This document shows, piece after piece, positions 25,541-38,782 of a stretch of DNA of 64,000 nt. Source of the stretch: Lama glama. Taxonomy: Eukaryota. Under the pieces are notes generated by a model, which ran no database searches, was not told the origin of the DNA, and saw only the letters and a program-made list of their open reading frames with translations. Position numbers and translations under genes: made by a program. Location: NCBI GenBank assembly GCA_028534125.1, contig CM052818.1, forward strand, positions 33,234,001 to 33,298,000, in the 5' to 3' direction. How positions within the stretch are numbered: position 1 is the first letter of the stretch; the number at the start of each line of letters is the position of its first letter.

Positions 25541-28500
25541 TCCAAAAATAAATAAATAAATAATCATATAGATAAATATATCTCTAAGTATAACACAAAT
25601 ACGAAACAGCACAAAGGAGTTCTTTTGCGGTGATGTAACAGTTCTGGATGTTTGTAGTGATGGTTACATGAAACTACATCAGATAAAATTTCACAGAGCT
25701 ACACACACATGTGGGTTTAAAAAGGGATAAAGAGAGGATCGATAGAGTATAGAGTATAACAGAGCGTTAAAATGGAGGATGACGATCTGGAGTCCATTAT
25801 ACTATGTTCTCTGGTTTTGTATATGCTTGAAAACTTTCTTAAAAAATATTTTTATAAGTCCCAATCTAAGTCAATATAAAGAGAGCAGTTGATGTCTTTA
25901 AGTTTTCAAAACCAACCTGACTACTCTCTTTTTTGGTAACTAACAGGAAATTCAGACAATATTAGAATGAAATTCTCTGGTACCCTCTGAAGGTACTATA
26001 CGCTCAGGGAATGCAAACTCACTTTATTATTGAGCCAAGGAAAGCAGCATGGTAAACTTGGAGAACCAAATCATATAGGTCACATTCTGAAAAGAGATTG
26101 AAAATATTTTAATTATTTCAAAGGACAGTCTTTACCACTGTCCATTTGCATAAGGAATTAAGAGCTAACACTGAGATGAAATCACTTTATATCTCTGTTC
26201 CAAAATCTTTGTTAAGTGTTCTGCTTAAATGTTTTAAATGTTTTGTTTAAAAAATATATAATCACTTCAAGGAATCTGCTCTGAGGAAGTACTTTTTCTA
26301 CCCTTTTGGAGATTCATTCCTAAGGGACTGGCCAAAAGTAGTTAATGACTAAGCTTCGCTACTGTACTTCAGTTCCATGGAACACCTAAGCCAGGAGTTT
26401 CCATTGGCACTATTAGGAGGCGGGAGCTTTGTCTGCCTTTGCTTTTCCTTTCCGTTGCATTTTATAATTCTCTCTTAAGGGGAAAAAAGAGAAAATCCCT
26501 TTTCATTAAAAAAAAAAAAAAGCAGAGGAGCACATGTTTTTGACATCCTCCTCATTTCTTGAGCCTTGAAGGTGAAATACTATCTCCTGCTGCCACCTTT
26601 GCCACTGGGCGAACTCCAGGGCCTCCTGTAATGCCCACTCCCACTCCCTCGTCTTTCCCAAGGTACCGGCAGTCTCTTCTGTTCTTCTAGTTCACTTCAT
26701 CCATGAAGCAAACACACCATTTTCCACGTGCAGCATACACATGTGTACGTGCAGCATAATTCACTATTTTCTATGCTGTTCTTCCTCGTAGGCTGTGAGC
26801 AGCTCAGGGGGGAAAGCACATCTTTCTTATTTATCTTCGTAGCTGTAAGACCTGGCTCCATCCCAGGCACGTAAGCAGTACCAAATACCTTCTAAATTAA
26901 TAGAAGGCAGGAAAGCAGGTGAGGAGAGCCAGGGAAGAGAGGCTCTCCCTTAACCCAGCTCCCTCTGCAGGCTTTTCTTTTTCAAGAGGCTAACACATTG
27001 AAGAGATGGGATGATATTAGGCAACACCACAGAGCCAATGAGCCATGTATAAGCCCAAGGATTTCTACATTTACAGAAGGAAGTGCAAGAGAAGAATGTC
27101 CCTCTTTAGACACTGTGGACATGGAACCACTGGGTTAACAATCAGAAAGGTTAGAAGTATGTGAACGAGGTACATAATTATACCTAGACTTCTGCTTCCC
27201 TTTAGCATCAATTACTTTAAAATACAGATATCTAGCCTGAGAGTTTAAGGCTACTTATTTTATGAAATAATTGTATTTTTAAAAAGGAAAATCACACTAG
27301 AATCTCTGTCTCAAGTAAACCATGTATATATTCCAACCCCTTGGATTGGATTATACAGCACAATCAAAAACTCACTACCTCCTAATGGCAGGAAACCCTA
27401 ACTGCAGGCCATATGTCTAAGTAAAAACAAACAGTCCCCAGTATTGGCCCTGAGGAATACAGAACCCTTGATGGCTGCCAAGTATGGACACACAGCTGTT
27501 CAGTGAATGTATGCTGAATGAATGAATGTGACAACAATACCAGCACGATTACGGTATGTACATCACCTTCTACTAATCTGGCAGAACTTCCCTCCTCTCT
27601 CCCAGTTAGCAATGCTTGTAAGTCAGTGTCTAGAAACTTAAAATTTTTTTCTGTTCCTTATCAAGGTAACCCTTTCCCCCAAGGCCACACCTTCTATAGG
27701 GAATCTGAAGATCAGGCTAAAGTCCAAAGTGTCTCTTATTGACCAAGTCTCCACCCTCAATCTATGGGATGTCAATCCTGGCAGATCGCTAATAGGTAAT
27801 CAGAACCTTCCCCACCCAGTGCAGCCAGGATCGAAAACAACCCTGCCTGAGAGATAAACAAAGTAACCATCACCCCAACTCCAACTCCACAGGAAGAATC
27901 GGGAGAGAGTGATGATGACTTCCTGCTATGGATACCCACAGCCAGGGAGTCCACATTTAGCAAGTAAAGCCTCTCTGAGCTGTGGGAATGGGGTGTCACA
28001 ATAACTGTGACCAACTCAGCAGTGAATCGTGCAAATAACTTAGTTAGGGACCCTCAGACCTAATTTAGCCTCACTGTACATTTCAGGAAACTGAGACCCA
28101 AACACGTGAAAAGATTTGCCCGATAACACAAAGCCAGTGAAGGCAGAGTTGTGACTAGAACCACCTGCCCATGCTTCCTGTTTCCCATTGGAGAAAGGGG
28201 CCAAGGGTCAAAAAAGAAAGAGAAGTGAAACTGATCATCAATCAGTTTCATCAAACACTTTGTTAGAGGCTGCTACCCCATTATCCCAGTTGTCAACTCC
28301 AGAGCCCTAGGCTCACCTGCTACGTTTGCCAGATCCCATGTAAACAGGAGGAGTATAAAACTGTTAGCTGGCTATAGCTGCTTAGGAACTTACATAATGG
28401 TCTGAAGAAGAGGAGAAGAGGGTGAACACTCAAGGAGCTATGCAAGGAAAAAAAAAAGAAAACTGAAATTGTGGGAAAGGTACAATAAAAGAAGAATCTG

Positions 28501-31039
28501 TCTCAAAAGCAGTGATCAGGGACCCTTTTTGGACATCAGAAAGACTGAGTAATAAGCAAAGGCCCAACCAGACTGGGTCCTGATTCTAAACTGTACAGAT
28601 TGGGGTTGGAAAAGGCAGGTATTTCTGCTAACTTAAAAAAAAAATTAAGGTTTTAAAACCACTGTCCTACCGTACTTGAAAAAAACGAACTCAACAATTT
28701 AGCTTTTTTTTTTCCTAAATAGCAACACCCAGTTAAGAAATGTTCCATAAACATAAACGGCCTGCTGTGGACACAGAGTCGTGAGCTGGGCTCCCTGTTT
28801 CATTCTGAGTGTTCTGATCACGGCCAGGCTGTTCTGGACCAGCATGAACTCTGAAGAAAAGTGCTCGGAGCTGCCTACCTGCCAGAAGAATCCATCACAG
28901 TTCAGTGAAATCTGCAGGTGAGCAATCCCCCTCTCACAGGTGTACGTGTACACACACACACACATGGGTCTTTAACACCTCTCCCTCTCACTCACAACTC
29001 TTAATGAACTGCCTCAAGAAAAATGTATTTTTCTCTCTGTTCCATGAAGAAAACAAGCAAAGCAAGATGAAAACAATAACAGCAGGAACCAGGGACCTAA
29101 ATCACAGAGGAGAAGCTACCAGGATTGAGCAGTGAACTAGACCTATACTCACGTTATGGGAAAGGAAGTGAAATCAGACCTGATTAACAGTCAGCCAATA
29201 GCACCGAACTGAACTCTCTTAGAAGTGTCCAGAAAGAACCATCAGAGTCTTCACAACAACCTTTATTTTTATAGTGTCCTCGAATTCAACCTTATTTTTG
29301 TTTCCCTCAAGTGCCAGCATTCAAGATGGTTGTGTGCACAAATCAAGTGAAACATTTATTGACAGAGTACTGGACTACTGCTACACCCTGGTCAAGTCTG
29401 TTGCTTTAAAAATGTGTTGTCGTTGTTTTCTTTGACTTCTAATAGTGCAGCAATCGTGTTTTCAGAGGTACTTCACCCTTAAGCAGTCAGGAGAGACACT
29501 ACCATAGCAGGTAAGCTCTCAGATTTGGAGTCAGAAAGATTGTCTTCAATGCCCGTTCTGCCACTTAATGAGCTAGTTTCAGTACCTCTCTCACAGGGAG
29601 ACCCTGAAGATCCAATGAAACAACACATGTGCATCGCTGATGGCTGTGCTTGGCACACGGCAAGCATTCAAGGAATGTCAGATGCTATTCCTTCCCTCTC
29701 TTCCCCCTTGTAGTAGTAATAATAGAGGCAGTTGCTGTAATAGTAGTAAATAGTGGCAAAATCACACAGGGTTTGTCAATAGGGCTGGAGTCAAATCCTA
29801 GCACTGCCACTTAATTAGGGCTGCTGCAGGCAGATCAGGAATCTTTATGAAAATTATCAAAAGACACATGTCCCTCCCCTGAAGATGAATGACAAAAAGA
29901 TGCCCCTTCTTCCGGCTTGAGGAATGTGCTAAAGAGCACTGGCTTGGCAACAAGAGCAGATGGACAAGTGGAGCACGGGGTGTGTGTGTTGGGGGGAGGT
30001 GCCTTAGGCCCCAGTGCCATCTCATGGAGCAGTAACAGTATCACCATCGTCATCACCATCGTTGTGCCATAATCAGCACTGTCACCATCAAGAACCCAGA
30101 AGAAAAATGTAGATTCAGGGAAGATGTCAACAATTCTAGTTACTCTCCTCATCTTTCTAATTAATATTCCTGAATTCCACCTGTGGAATGGCGTCTTGTT
30201 CTACAGCTCTGATCAGGTCATCCTGAGAGGAGACTCCTGGCTCTCTCTTCTTCTGGCTGAATTACATACAAATTCCTCAGGCTGGCATTCAAGGTTCCCT
30301 AGGCTACCCATCTACCTCTGAGCTTTACTTCCTCTGCTGTAACTTGGTGGTTTTGCAAATACCTGCCTTATTCTTTCCTACCTTTGCTAGAATATAAGCA
30401 CCACGAGGACACAGACTTTTGTCTGGATTGCTCAAATATCTGTCCTGAGGACCCAGAAGAGCAGCTGAGACAGAGCAGGTGCTCAACAAATATTGGAAAA
30501 TGAATGCATTTGCTCATTTCAGACTCTTTCACTTGGAAACCCCACCAGCCTTCAAAATTTTATCTTTCCACGTCTGCCCTACATGAAAGCTTTCCTGAGT
30601 CCTAATATATTTTCCATGGAATAATCTAAACAAACTACCCAATTTGAAAAGAAAGTCAGAATATAATTTTTATCATTTTAGAAAGGTGAAGTGTTGACAA
30701 AATATATACTCCTCTAGAAATAGCCAAATTATTCTAGTGTTTTTTAGGAGGAATAAATTTATATTCATCCATTGTAGCTGTAAGCCAGGTACATATAAAT
30801 GCCACAGATTGGTAATGTCTATTTAATTAAAACAAGCAAAGTTACTTAACTTCACTCCATACTCTACAAACAAGTTGGGACCTCAGCCAGTTGAATTTTA
30901 AGATCTCATTAATTTCACAGGAAAAACTGCATTGAAGCTAGAATGGTGGGCTCTGGAGTCAGACTTACACAAATGTGAGAAAGTTAATCTCTGTGCCTTC
31001 TTAATCTGTAAAAATGAGGGATGATAAGAGTACTTACTT

Positions 31040-31260
31040 TATTAGTTAGGATAGGTTAGGAAATGCTGCAGTAACACCACCCGACCCCAGTGTCTTATCA
31101 CACCAAAAGCTCTCATGAAGAATTGGGTGCATGCTTGATTGACTGTCCTGGGCAGCTGTCTTCAATTCAGTGACTTGGTGAGTCACGTTGGCTGAAGAAG
31201 AGAGTGACTAGAGAAGCTGGTAAAAAGAGGGTTTTTACCAACCTAATCTGGAAGTGGCAC
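31040..31260 (-). mobile_element. Old MaLR LTR fragment (MLT1J/K-like)
   Basis: tattagttaggataggttaggaaatgctgcagtaaca resembles a reversed MLT1 end. Confidence 0.5.
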
Positions 31261-31619
31261 TGTTGAAAAGATATTCCCAAGAGCCAGTACGAGCCCCACA
31301 GATGACTCAAGCACTGGTGGGCCCTCGTGCTTAGTGTCCCTAAAAGTTCCTGGGTAATGCATCTTGCACACTGCTTCTGTCTCAGACATCAGGCTGGTTC
31401 TTGAATTCTCTAAGGTCATGACCTCGCCAAGATAATTTCCATACCATCTGTTGCCAATCTCTAGCTCGATGCAAACACAAAATTACATTTTTCCCAGACA
31501 GCTACAAAAATATAAATAGAATAAATAAGGATTTGTGTTCAAAGAGGGACATAACAGACAAAATGAACACAGAGGTAACATGCAGGGAGAACAGAATGGC
31601 AAAGACTAAAACATGGGAT

Positions 31620-31870
31620 TAAAAACTAAAATATGTAAGGAACTCCAGCAAATTAACAAGATAAGAAATAATGTAAAAATAGGCCCAAAATATGAACAGG
31701 CAATTCACAGAAGGGAAAACTTACATGGGTAAAAGCAAACAAAGTGATGATCTACCTACTAGTAATCAGAGAAATAAAAACTAAAGCAAGATGTCATAAA
31801 AATTGGCAAAAGTTATAAAGTCATATAATAGAAAGTGTTGGCAAGGATGTGCAGCAGCGAGCATCCTCCA
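31620..31870 (+). mobile_element. Old L1 fragment (ORF2 3' part)
   Basis: aaatatgaacaggcaattcacagaag ... ctactagtaatcagagaaat ... gtgttggcaaggatgtg. Confidence 0.7.
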
Positions 31871-32791
31871 GGACTGCCCGATGAGACTCTAAATGGCATG
31901 GCCTTCCCAGAAGAGCAGTCTGGCCGAGCTGTAAGAATGCTCCACAGATAAGCCCTTTTCTTATGGAATGAATTGATAGATGTTTTGAAATGAGAAACCT
32001 AGATCCTAAAATATAAGGCAGCCCTATAGGAACATATTTACAGAGACTTAAAAGTAAACTAAGTGAATTCATTATAAAGGTCAAAGTACAACCGGACACC
32101 TTCTCTCACTCTGACACTTCATTTTGACTTTCCTAATTCTGGAATGTGTTAATTTTGGCACATCATTACCCCATGCATGAGACAGGAGGTGTCCCACAAT
32201 GATTTATCAGCAAGAAGGTTATTATTTATGTCGGGGTGTGAGGACACAGGTGAGGTTAAGGTATAAAATATATGCCAATTCTTTGTCATAATCAGCAGCA
32301 GTAAAAAAATGGGAGAATGTCCCCCCATGTTGGAAGTGCTAAAGGCACATATTTGTATCGTGTTTTACAGGTTTTGATTTGTATTACCTGTTAAAGATTT
32401 TTATTATACTTGTCTCTTTTTCTTTCTTTTTGCTTTTATTTTCTCTTTTTTTTTTCCATTACGTCTAAAGAAAGGATAAGAGTTTTGATTATTTGTACTT
32501 GTGGATTCAGTTTTTTCTTTTGGATATTTAAAAATAATATTATGGACAAGTTAAATCATGCCACGTCCTACTCTTCCTCCAGCTGTACATACTAAATTGA
32601 CAAAAGCCCCAACTAAAATGTCCCTAACACATAAACTAAAGCAATAATACTAAGTCCAACTTTGGCAAATCCAATTCACCCTGCTGTTTCTGAAGCAACT
32701 AGATGCTGAAATTAAAGTAGAATTTTCTATCCTTTGAGGAACTTGTTACTTAACACTGTAACAATATAAGCAGCCCTTGATAAAGCTATTT

Positions 32792-32941
32792 AGAGAAAAG
32801 TTACTTCTTAAAGCAGAGGAGAAGGGAGAGGGGATGGGGGGGGTAGGGAGAGAGGAGACACAAGAAGGGAAGGGAAGGAAGGAGGGGGGACAAAGGACGC
32901 AGGGGACAGGTGGGGTTGGGGAGGAGGAAGGGATGGGGAGA
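32792..32941 (+). repeat. Dispersed direct repeat copy 1 (150 bp, purine/G-rich)
   Basis: Identical to 34342-34488 except a G8 vs G5 run and one A/T substitution. Confidence 0.95.
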
Positions 32942-34341
32942 GAAGGGTCAAAGTTGAGAACTGCTGGTAGAGCAAGGCTAAAGGAATCCGACATTAGGAA
33001 CACAGTAAGCACCCTGGACATGGACTGTACTCCATAAAGGAGTATTTAAACTATGTTTCTGGTATCTTCCCTCGGATTTATTTCCCTTCTCTGACCCAGT
33101 AGTGCTTTTCAAGCTGATCTCAGGCTCCTTATCAGAGTGGAGGGGTGAACTGCATCCAGGGATTGTTCTGAGACCGCTGGGCACTCTCAGTTCTAAAGCT
33201 CTTAAGTTCCTCTGGCAAAGGATGCCCCTGGCCTGCTGTTCTTGATTATTTCCCTGGCCAACCGGCCTGGCGGCTCAACCCACATGATTCCCCCAGCGGA
33301 GGAACATCCCGTCTCTGTATCTGAACGGTGACCACGGTGATCTTTCACCAGTCAGGGCTCCAGCTCTGTATTGCACCCAGGCCTCTACTGGTCCTCTGTG
33401 TCCTGCCAGAGGCTTTGTCTTCATTTTGCAACCTGTTCCTGCTGATGCACTGCAGTTTGTTGCCAGCGTCTTTGTAAGTCTCAAAACTTAAGAAATCCCT
33501 GGCAAGAAACTATTGTGGATTAGATGAGGCTACAAAATGGAGATGAAACTCCTGACAGAGCCAGATCTTAAGAGTTTGGCCATACTTGTTCTTGATTTTT
33601 TTTTTCTTGCTTCCCCTTTGTATTAAAAATCCACCGGAACACAACAGAAGCACTTTTAAGCAAAATTAACAGTGGTCTCTTGGTGACAACTGAAGACATA
33701 AACCAAAGGCTGCTCCTTACGCACACCGAGATTTAGAGCACCGTGTAACACATAGGCTACCATCCATCATTTCCTCTTCGAGTGGGCACTGGCTTCCTCA
33801 AAAATATCATCTCTCTTGGCATCCTACTCGAAGCTCCCATATATAAAAAAAGAAATATAAATGAAAATGTGTGCGTAAGGCAGCAAACAAATGTTGAGGA
33901 GATTGGGTCCACATTAGCCATATGGTATTTTTGGGTAAAAACAATCATTATGTGATATTAGGACCAAAGAATACGAAATTCAGATTCATTTCTAAAATCT
34001 GGCATCTTGTTTATTTTTGCCATCCTCATTGTATAATACTAGGATTCCTTTTCTTATAGTTAAATCCTTAAAAACAACAACAAAAAAGACATTTTAATAC
34101 TGAATAGCTTACTGCTTTTTTTAAAAAGGTGCACAGGACATAACTCCTTGGTTATTAGTGAAATTTACCACCTACCCCCCACCCCAAATGAAAAAAACCC
34201 AGAAAATTTGGTAAACTTGTAAACAGCCTAGATTTTTTAATAACAAAAGCCAAACCTTGTACTTCTAGTCTATTTTTGGAAAGGTCAATGATGCTACTAC
34301 CTATTGTTTGAATTTGATTGGCTGTTTCAGTAAGAAGAGTA

Positions 34342-34488
34342 AGAGAAAAGTTACTTCTTAAAGCAGAGGAGAAGGGAGAGGGGATGGGGGTAGGGAGAGA
34401 GGAGACACAAGAAGGGAAGGGAAGGAAGGAGGGGGGACAAAGGACGCAGGGGACAGGTGGGGTTGGGGAGGAGGTAGGGATGGGGAGA
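34342..34488 (+). repeat. Dispersed direct repeat copy 2 (147 bp)
   Basis: See copy 1; start-to-start spacing is 1550 bp. Confidence 0.95.
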
Positions 34489-37400
34489 AGAGGAAATTAT
34501 TTAAACTATTATTTATAGATGGCGAGGCCAATTAATGGCTTCGGCAAACTCCCAGCTGCCTACTAATGTGCACTTGACCCCTCTGGCTAACTGAGTAAGT
34601 GTACAGTATGGTTAGAAATGGAGATTTCGTGTTCCCTTCTTCCATCTGAAATGAACGCACTGCTTTTATTAACAGAGAGTGAAAAAGAGGGTTAATATCT
34701 ATAGATAACATTATATTTCATTCATTTCTCTAACAAATTAGCCTTTTTAGCCTTGCATTAGTAGAGGGTAATAAGACACAAAAACATTCAGCAGAGAGAC
34801 ACTTGGGCTTAGTGAGAGGCAAATGGTGAATGATGATCTGTGAAAAGTGCACACAGAGGACTCAGCAATGACTGATGAGGGAAAGGAATGTAGTGAAAAG
34901 ATCCAACCTTTTGTCCTGCCTTCTCCTTTTAGCATCGTGCACTGTCAATAGCCTAGGAGATAGAAAGGCCTGTTCGGAAAGTACATTCTCAATCAACCAC
35001 GAAGAAGGTAAACAAGCGTAAAACACATATTTCCCTAAAAGGCACATTTCACACTTTAGTAGAGAAGACAGCAGTGCAAACTGTGATTAGCAGTTCATTT
35101 TTCTTAACACGTACGGAATGAACAGGGGTTTCTTAATATTGACTTTACAAATTAACAGGGTGTGTGGAACCAGCCAGCCCTCCCAATGCCCTGCTTTAGT
35201 GTCAGTCTAGGGAAAGAGCACATACGTCTGTCTTATTGTCCAGGGCATTTTGTTCGACGTCTACTGACAATGGCTTCCAAGTTTTGGCCAGAAACTCATC
35301 AGTTACAGGCTCATGAAACTCAATGGCTGCATGCAGCTACCTTCCTAGAACCCAATCTGCTGACCTTGACCCAGCACACTAGCTGGTTCTCTGCTCCTCA
35401 CTTGCTTTCCTGCCAACTAAAGGGACAACACAACCCCTCCGAGCTCTTCCCCAGTCAACTTAAGACACTGATTCCTGATCTCCATAACAAATACCTAGTC
35501 TCAGTTCTATCCTCTGGACTTCAACTATAGTCTATAAAAATAATAATTCGTTCAGAAAATGTATTGAGTGCTCACTATCTGCCAAGCACAATTCCAGGAG
35601 TGGGGTGTACAGTAGTAGACGAAGTTATTCATGAAACTTTTACATTTAGAAATAAAGACTGTATTCTGCTAGAAAAACCCACCACTGCCCAAACAGCAAA
35701 TACAGGCTGGGAACGGGAAGAGCTGGGTGGCACTAACCTGTGCCAGCCTAGCCAAGAATACGCATGTAAAACATGCAACTTGCTACAAGCACGTAATGAA
35801 AGAGCAGAGGCTGTGTGTCAGCCAAGAAGTCAATTCAGCATGTAATGTAACACACGCCACCTTGCTTCTGGGATTACACCAGTTGGCACAGTGCTTCCAA
35901 AATCAATTGTTTGCCCTCAGTGCTGACCCAGCAAAGGGATTAGCACTGCATTATAAAAACGAATCCAAGAGTCGCAAAGACAAGGCAGAAACCATGCTGG
36001 AACAGAACCATGGGAACACGGACACAAATTGGAGCCAGCAAGCCCCGAATTCTATCTGATTATTAAAAAGTCAGGCCTAAACTGTGGGCACTCCTGAGCC
36101 TGCCTTCCCAGGGGTTTTGCTCTGGTCAGAATGCTCCCCTCTCTGTCCTGCTGGCAAAATGACCACACTCTTAATCCACACTCCCCTGGCCTCCATCCCT
36201 AAAGCCCACGAAGGGCCTGCTTTGTGTTTGTTCATTTTAGGGGGTTATTACCATCAGAATTGATTTCTAATATAGTTAGGGCATAAAAAAAGTCTCCTTT
36301 TCTCTCTTTTTGTCTCTCTTTCCTTTGTATTCTGCAGGTCAAGACCAAAGATTATAGATATCACAGTGAGTCTCTGCTTACCTAAAGGCCTGAGGTAAGA
36401 CTGATATTAATGAAGAATATTGTAACCAACTATCAACTCTAATACCTGAAGGTCAAGAGAAGACCCAGTCTCAGGCTTTCCTGGTATCTAGTCACTTGGG
36501 CTAAATGCAAGGAAAGTAAGGAGGGGGCAGGTGCTTTGGATGTGGACCAGGAAGGCAGCCTGGGTACCAACCGTCCAAAACCATGTTAAAGGAAATTCTT
36601 TGGTTAAAGGTTTTTAGCCTGTCTGACAGTGTAAACGCTGGTTGCAAACTTGCTTGAAGCCTGCCTGTGGTGGTGAATTCTCAGGAAAGAGTTTTTGCTC
36701 CCTTCTACCCAACACCAAGGGGATGGCAGGCATGTTTCCTTGCTGTCCCCTTCTGTATTACAGATTCCTTTCTCATTTATCCTTACATGGAGGGGATGGC
36801 ACTTTGGGGGTCCCAGGTTTTTATGGATACCTCTTATTCGACCCCTCACCTTGGGCAAAACCTTGGACTTTCCTCCTGCTCCCTACGTTCAGCAAGTTTT
36901 CAGAACCCAAATCCAAGGACATCATGTATAGGTAGATGGCTCTGGGCTGAAAGCTGACTTGAATGCTAACTCACTCCACTGGATTCCTGCTTAAACATTA
37001 CTTCTGGCCTTGGAGGATGTTACTTCCTTTTGGTTTTTATTTTACCTGATTTAATTTCTAGAGTTTTTAGCCAGAGAGTTGTTCAGGTACTTAATCTTAC
37101 CTACTAGGAGAAACAGAAGTTGAGATGTATTTCTTTTGTCAGAAAGTTGAATGATTCAACTGTGGAATCAGGTTACAAATGCTCTAAACTATGGCTGCAA
37201 CAGACATAATTTCCTCATTCCTTCTGACAAAAATAGCAATTATCTAGTTCATCTTTTTACCATCTTCATCTCCCATCTAGGTTTAAGGGTAGGACATGTA
37301 GATAATCATAAAGAGGAAACATTCTAACCAAATACACCATGTCCATTTTCCATAGCGAGTATTTGTAGGACTTGCAAAAGGAAGAAAAGCTCATTCTGAG

Positions 37401-37877
37401 CCCTTGTGAAGCATGAAAGTCCTCTGTCTTGTGATCTTGCATACACTACTTCTTATACTTCTTTCAACCTAGTAAGTTAAGTGTTATGAGCTGCATTTTT
37501 ACAGATAAAGGAATAAGCTCAGAGGGGCTAAACTGTGGTCAAGGAGATATGTACACTGAAGCTTTGAACCCAGAGTCTGTGTGACTCAAAAGAACGTTTT
37601 ATCCTCTACCCATAATGGTATCCTCAGAAGGATAAAATAAAGTCTCACATCTTCCTGGAGCGTATACTTTCTCTGGTAGACGGGTGTGCCAATTCAGAGG
37701 TGAAGAAACTGAGGTTAGAAAAAAGGTCAGTGACAAGTTCACAGGCACAGATGAAGTTAATGGCACAGTGGGCAATGGTAAGCAGGGACCCTGGTTCCAA
37801 ATGCCATGCTTTTAATTTGTGAAAAAGTTTTCACCTTTGGCTTAATTATGCACTATTCTGAGAAGAATGGCACTCAC

Positions 37878-37985
37878 CATGGTGGAAGCTGGCCTTACTT
37901 ATGAAGTATGGCAGCTCACGGCACCCCGCCTTCCAACTCGCTGGCACTAGTCACAGCCCCAGTGTCGCTGGGATGGGAGACTGTC
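37878..37985 (-). other. Candidate alternative exon ending in an ATG
   Basis: GCTTCCACC-ATG|GTGAGT at 37889-37872 with locally retained CpGs. 5' boundary uncertain. Confidence 0.35.
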
Positions 37986-38640
37986 TTTGCTTGCTCAAAC
38001 CAATACTTTACGTGTGTGTTAGACTTGTACAAAGCTATTTCTGTATTATGCAGACTTGAATTTTCAACTACTTTGTGTGAAAAAATGCACTGTGTTCAAC
38101 CTGGCACACTCATTTCTGCTGCTAAGTTGACTAATAGCCTGTGTTACATACACTTACTGAGACCTCATATCCAATGACAGCCACTTTTACACACATAGTC
38201 TGTTCACACACATGGACACACACATATGTAATGTGAACAGACAACAATATTTTGTTCAATAATGGTTCACTAGTGCACCCAAAAGGTGCTGGCCTTCTTG
38301 ATAGATGCCCCTCCACCTAAAAGGATGGAAACTGTGCTCCCTTGGTTGCTGAAGTATGAATCCAGGAACTTGCTCCATAGGGTCCATGCCCTCTGCCCTT
38401 TGGAATTCTCATGTCATAGAAATGTTTTTTCCCCCAGACAGGAATCTGGATGTAAAAACAAATAAACAACAAACTAGCCCGACACCTGGGGGAAATTCTG
38501 TAAGGGTTATGTCAGATTACTATCTATAAGGGACCAAGGAATCTGAAAAGTACAGTAAGAAACCTTGTCCAAAGAAACCTAAAATTATAAAATAGAAAGA
38601 TAAAGGGAAGATCAACACAAGTACAAAAACTCAAAAACTA

Positions 38641-38782
38641 GGTGTGGGGGAATTAGATTTATTTATCTATGTAGTTATATATTTACGTATTTATTTATTT
38701 TTAATGGAGGTACTGGGGTTTGAACCTAGGACCTCATGCATGTTAAGCATGCGCTCTACCACTGAGCCATACACCCTGCCCC
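38641..38782 (-). mobile_element. tRNA-derived camelid-type SINE (Vic-1-like)
   Basis: Plus strand ggaggtactggggtttgaacctaggacctcatgcatgttaagcatgcgctctaccactgagc, same family as 24590-24731. No TSD found. Confidence 0.85.

Noticed and set aside
32777..33037. Two near-identical ORFs (32777..33037 and 34318..34518) suggesting paralogous genes
   Set aside because: Low-complexity G/E/K/R translations of the purine-rich duplication, with non-ATG starts and no coding evidence.
36381..36445. Minus-strand exon-like segment (ccttcag| ... tttag|gtaagc) overlapping the plus-strand candidate
   Set aside because: Adjacent to a probable ancient DNA-transposon relic and has no supporting features; such site pairs are common by chance in 60 kb.
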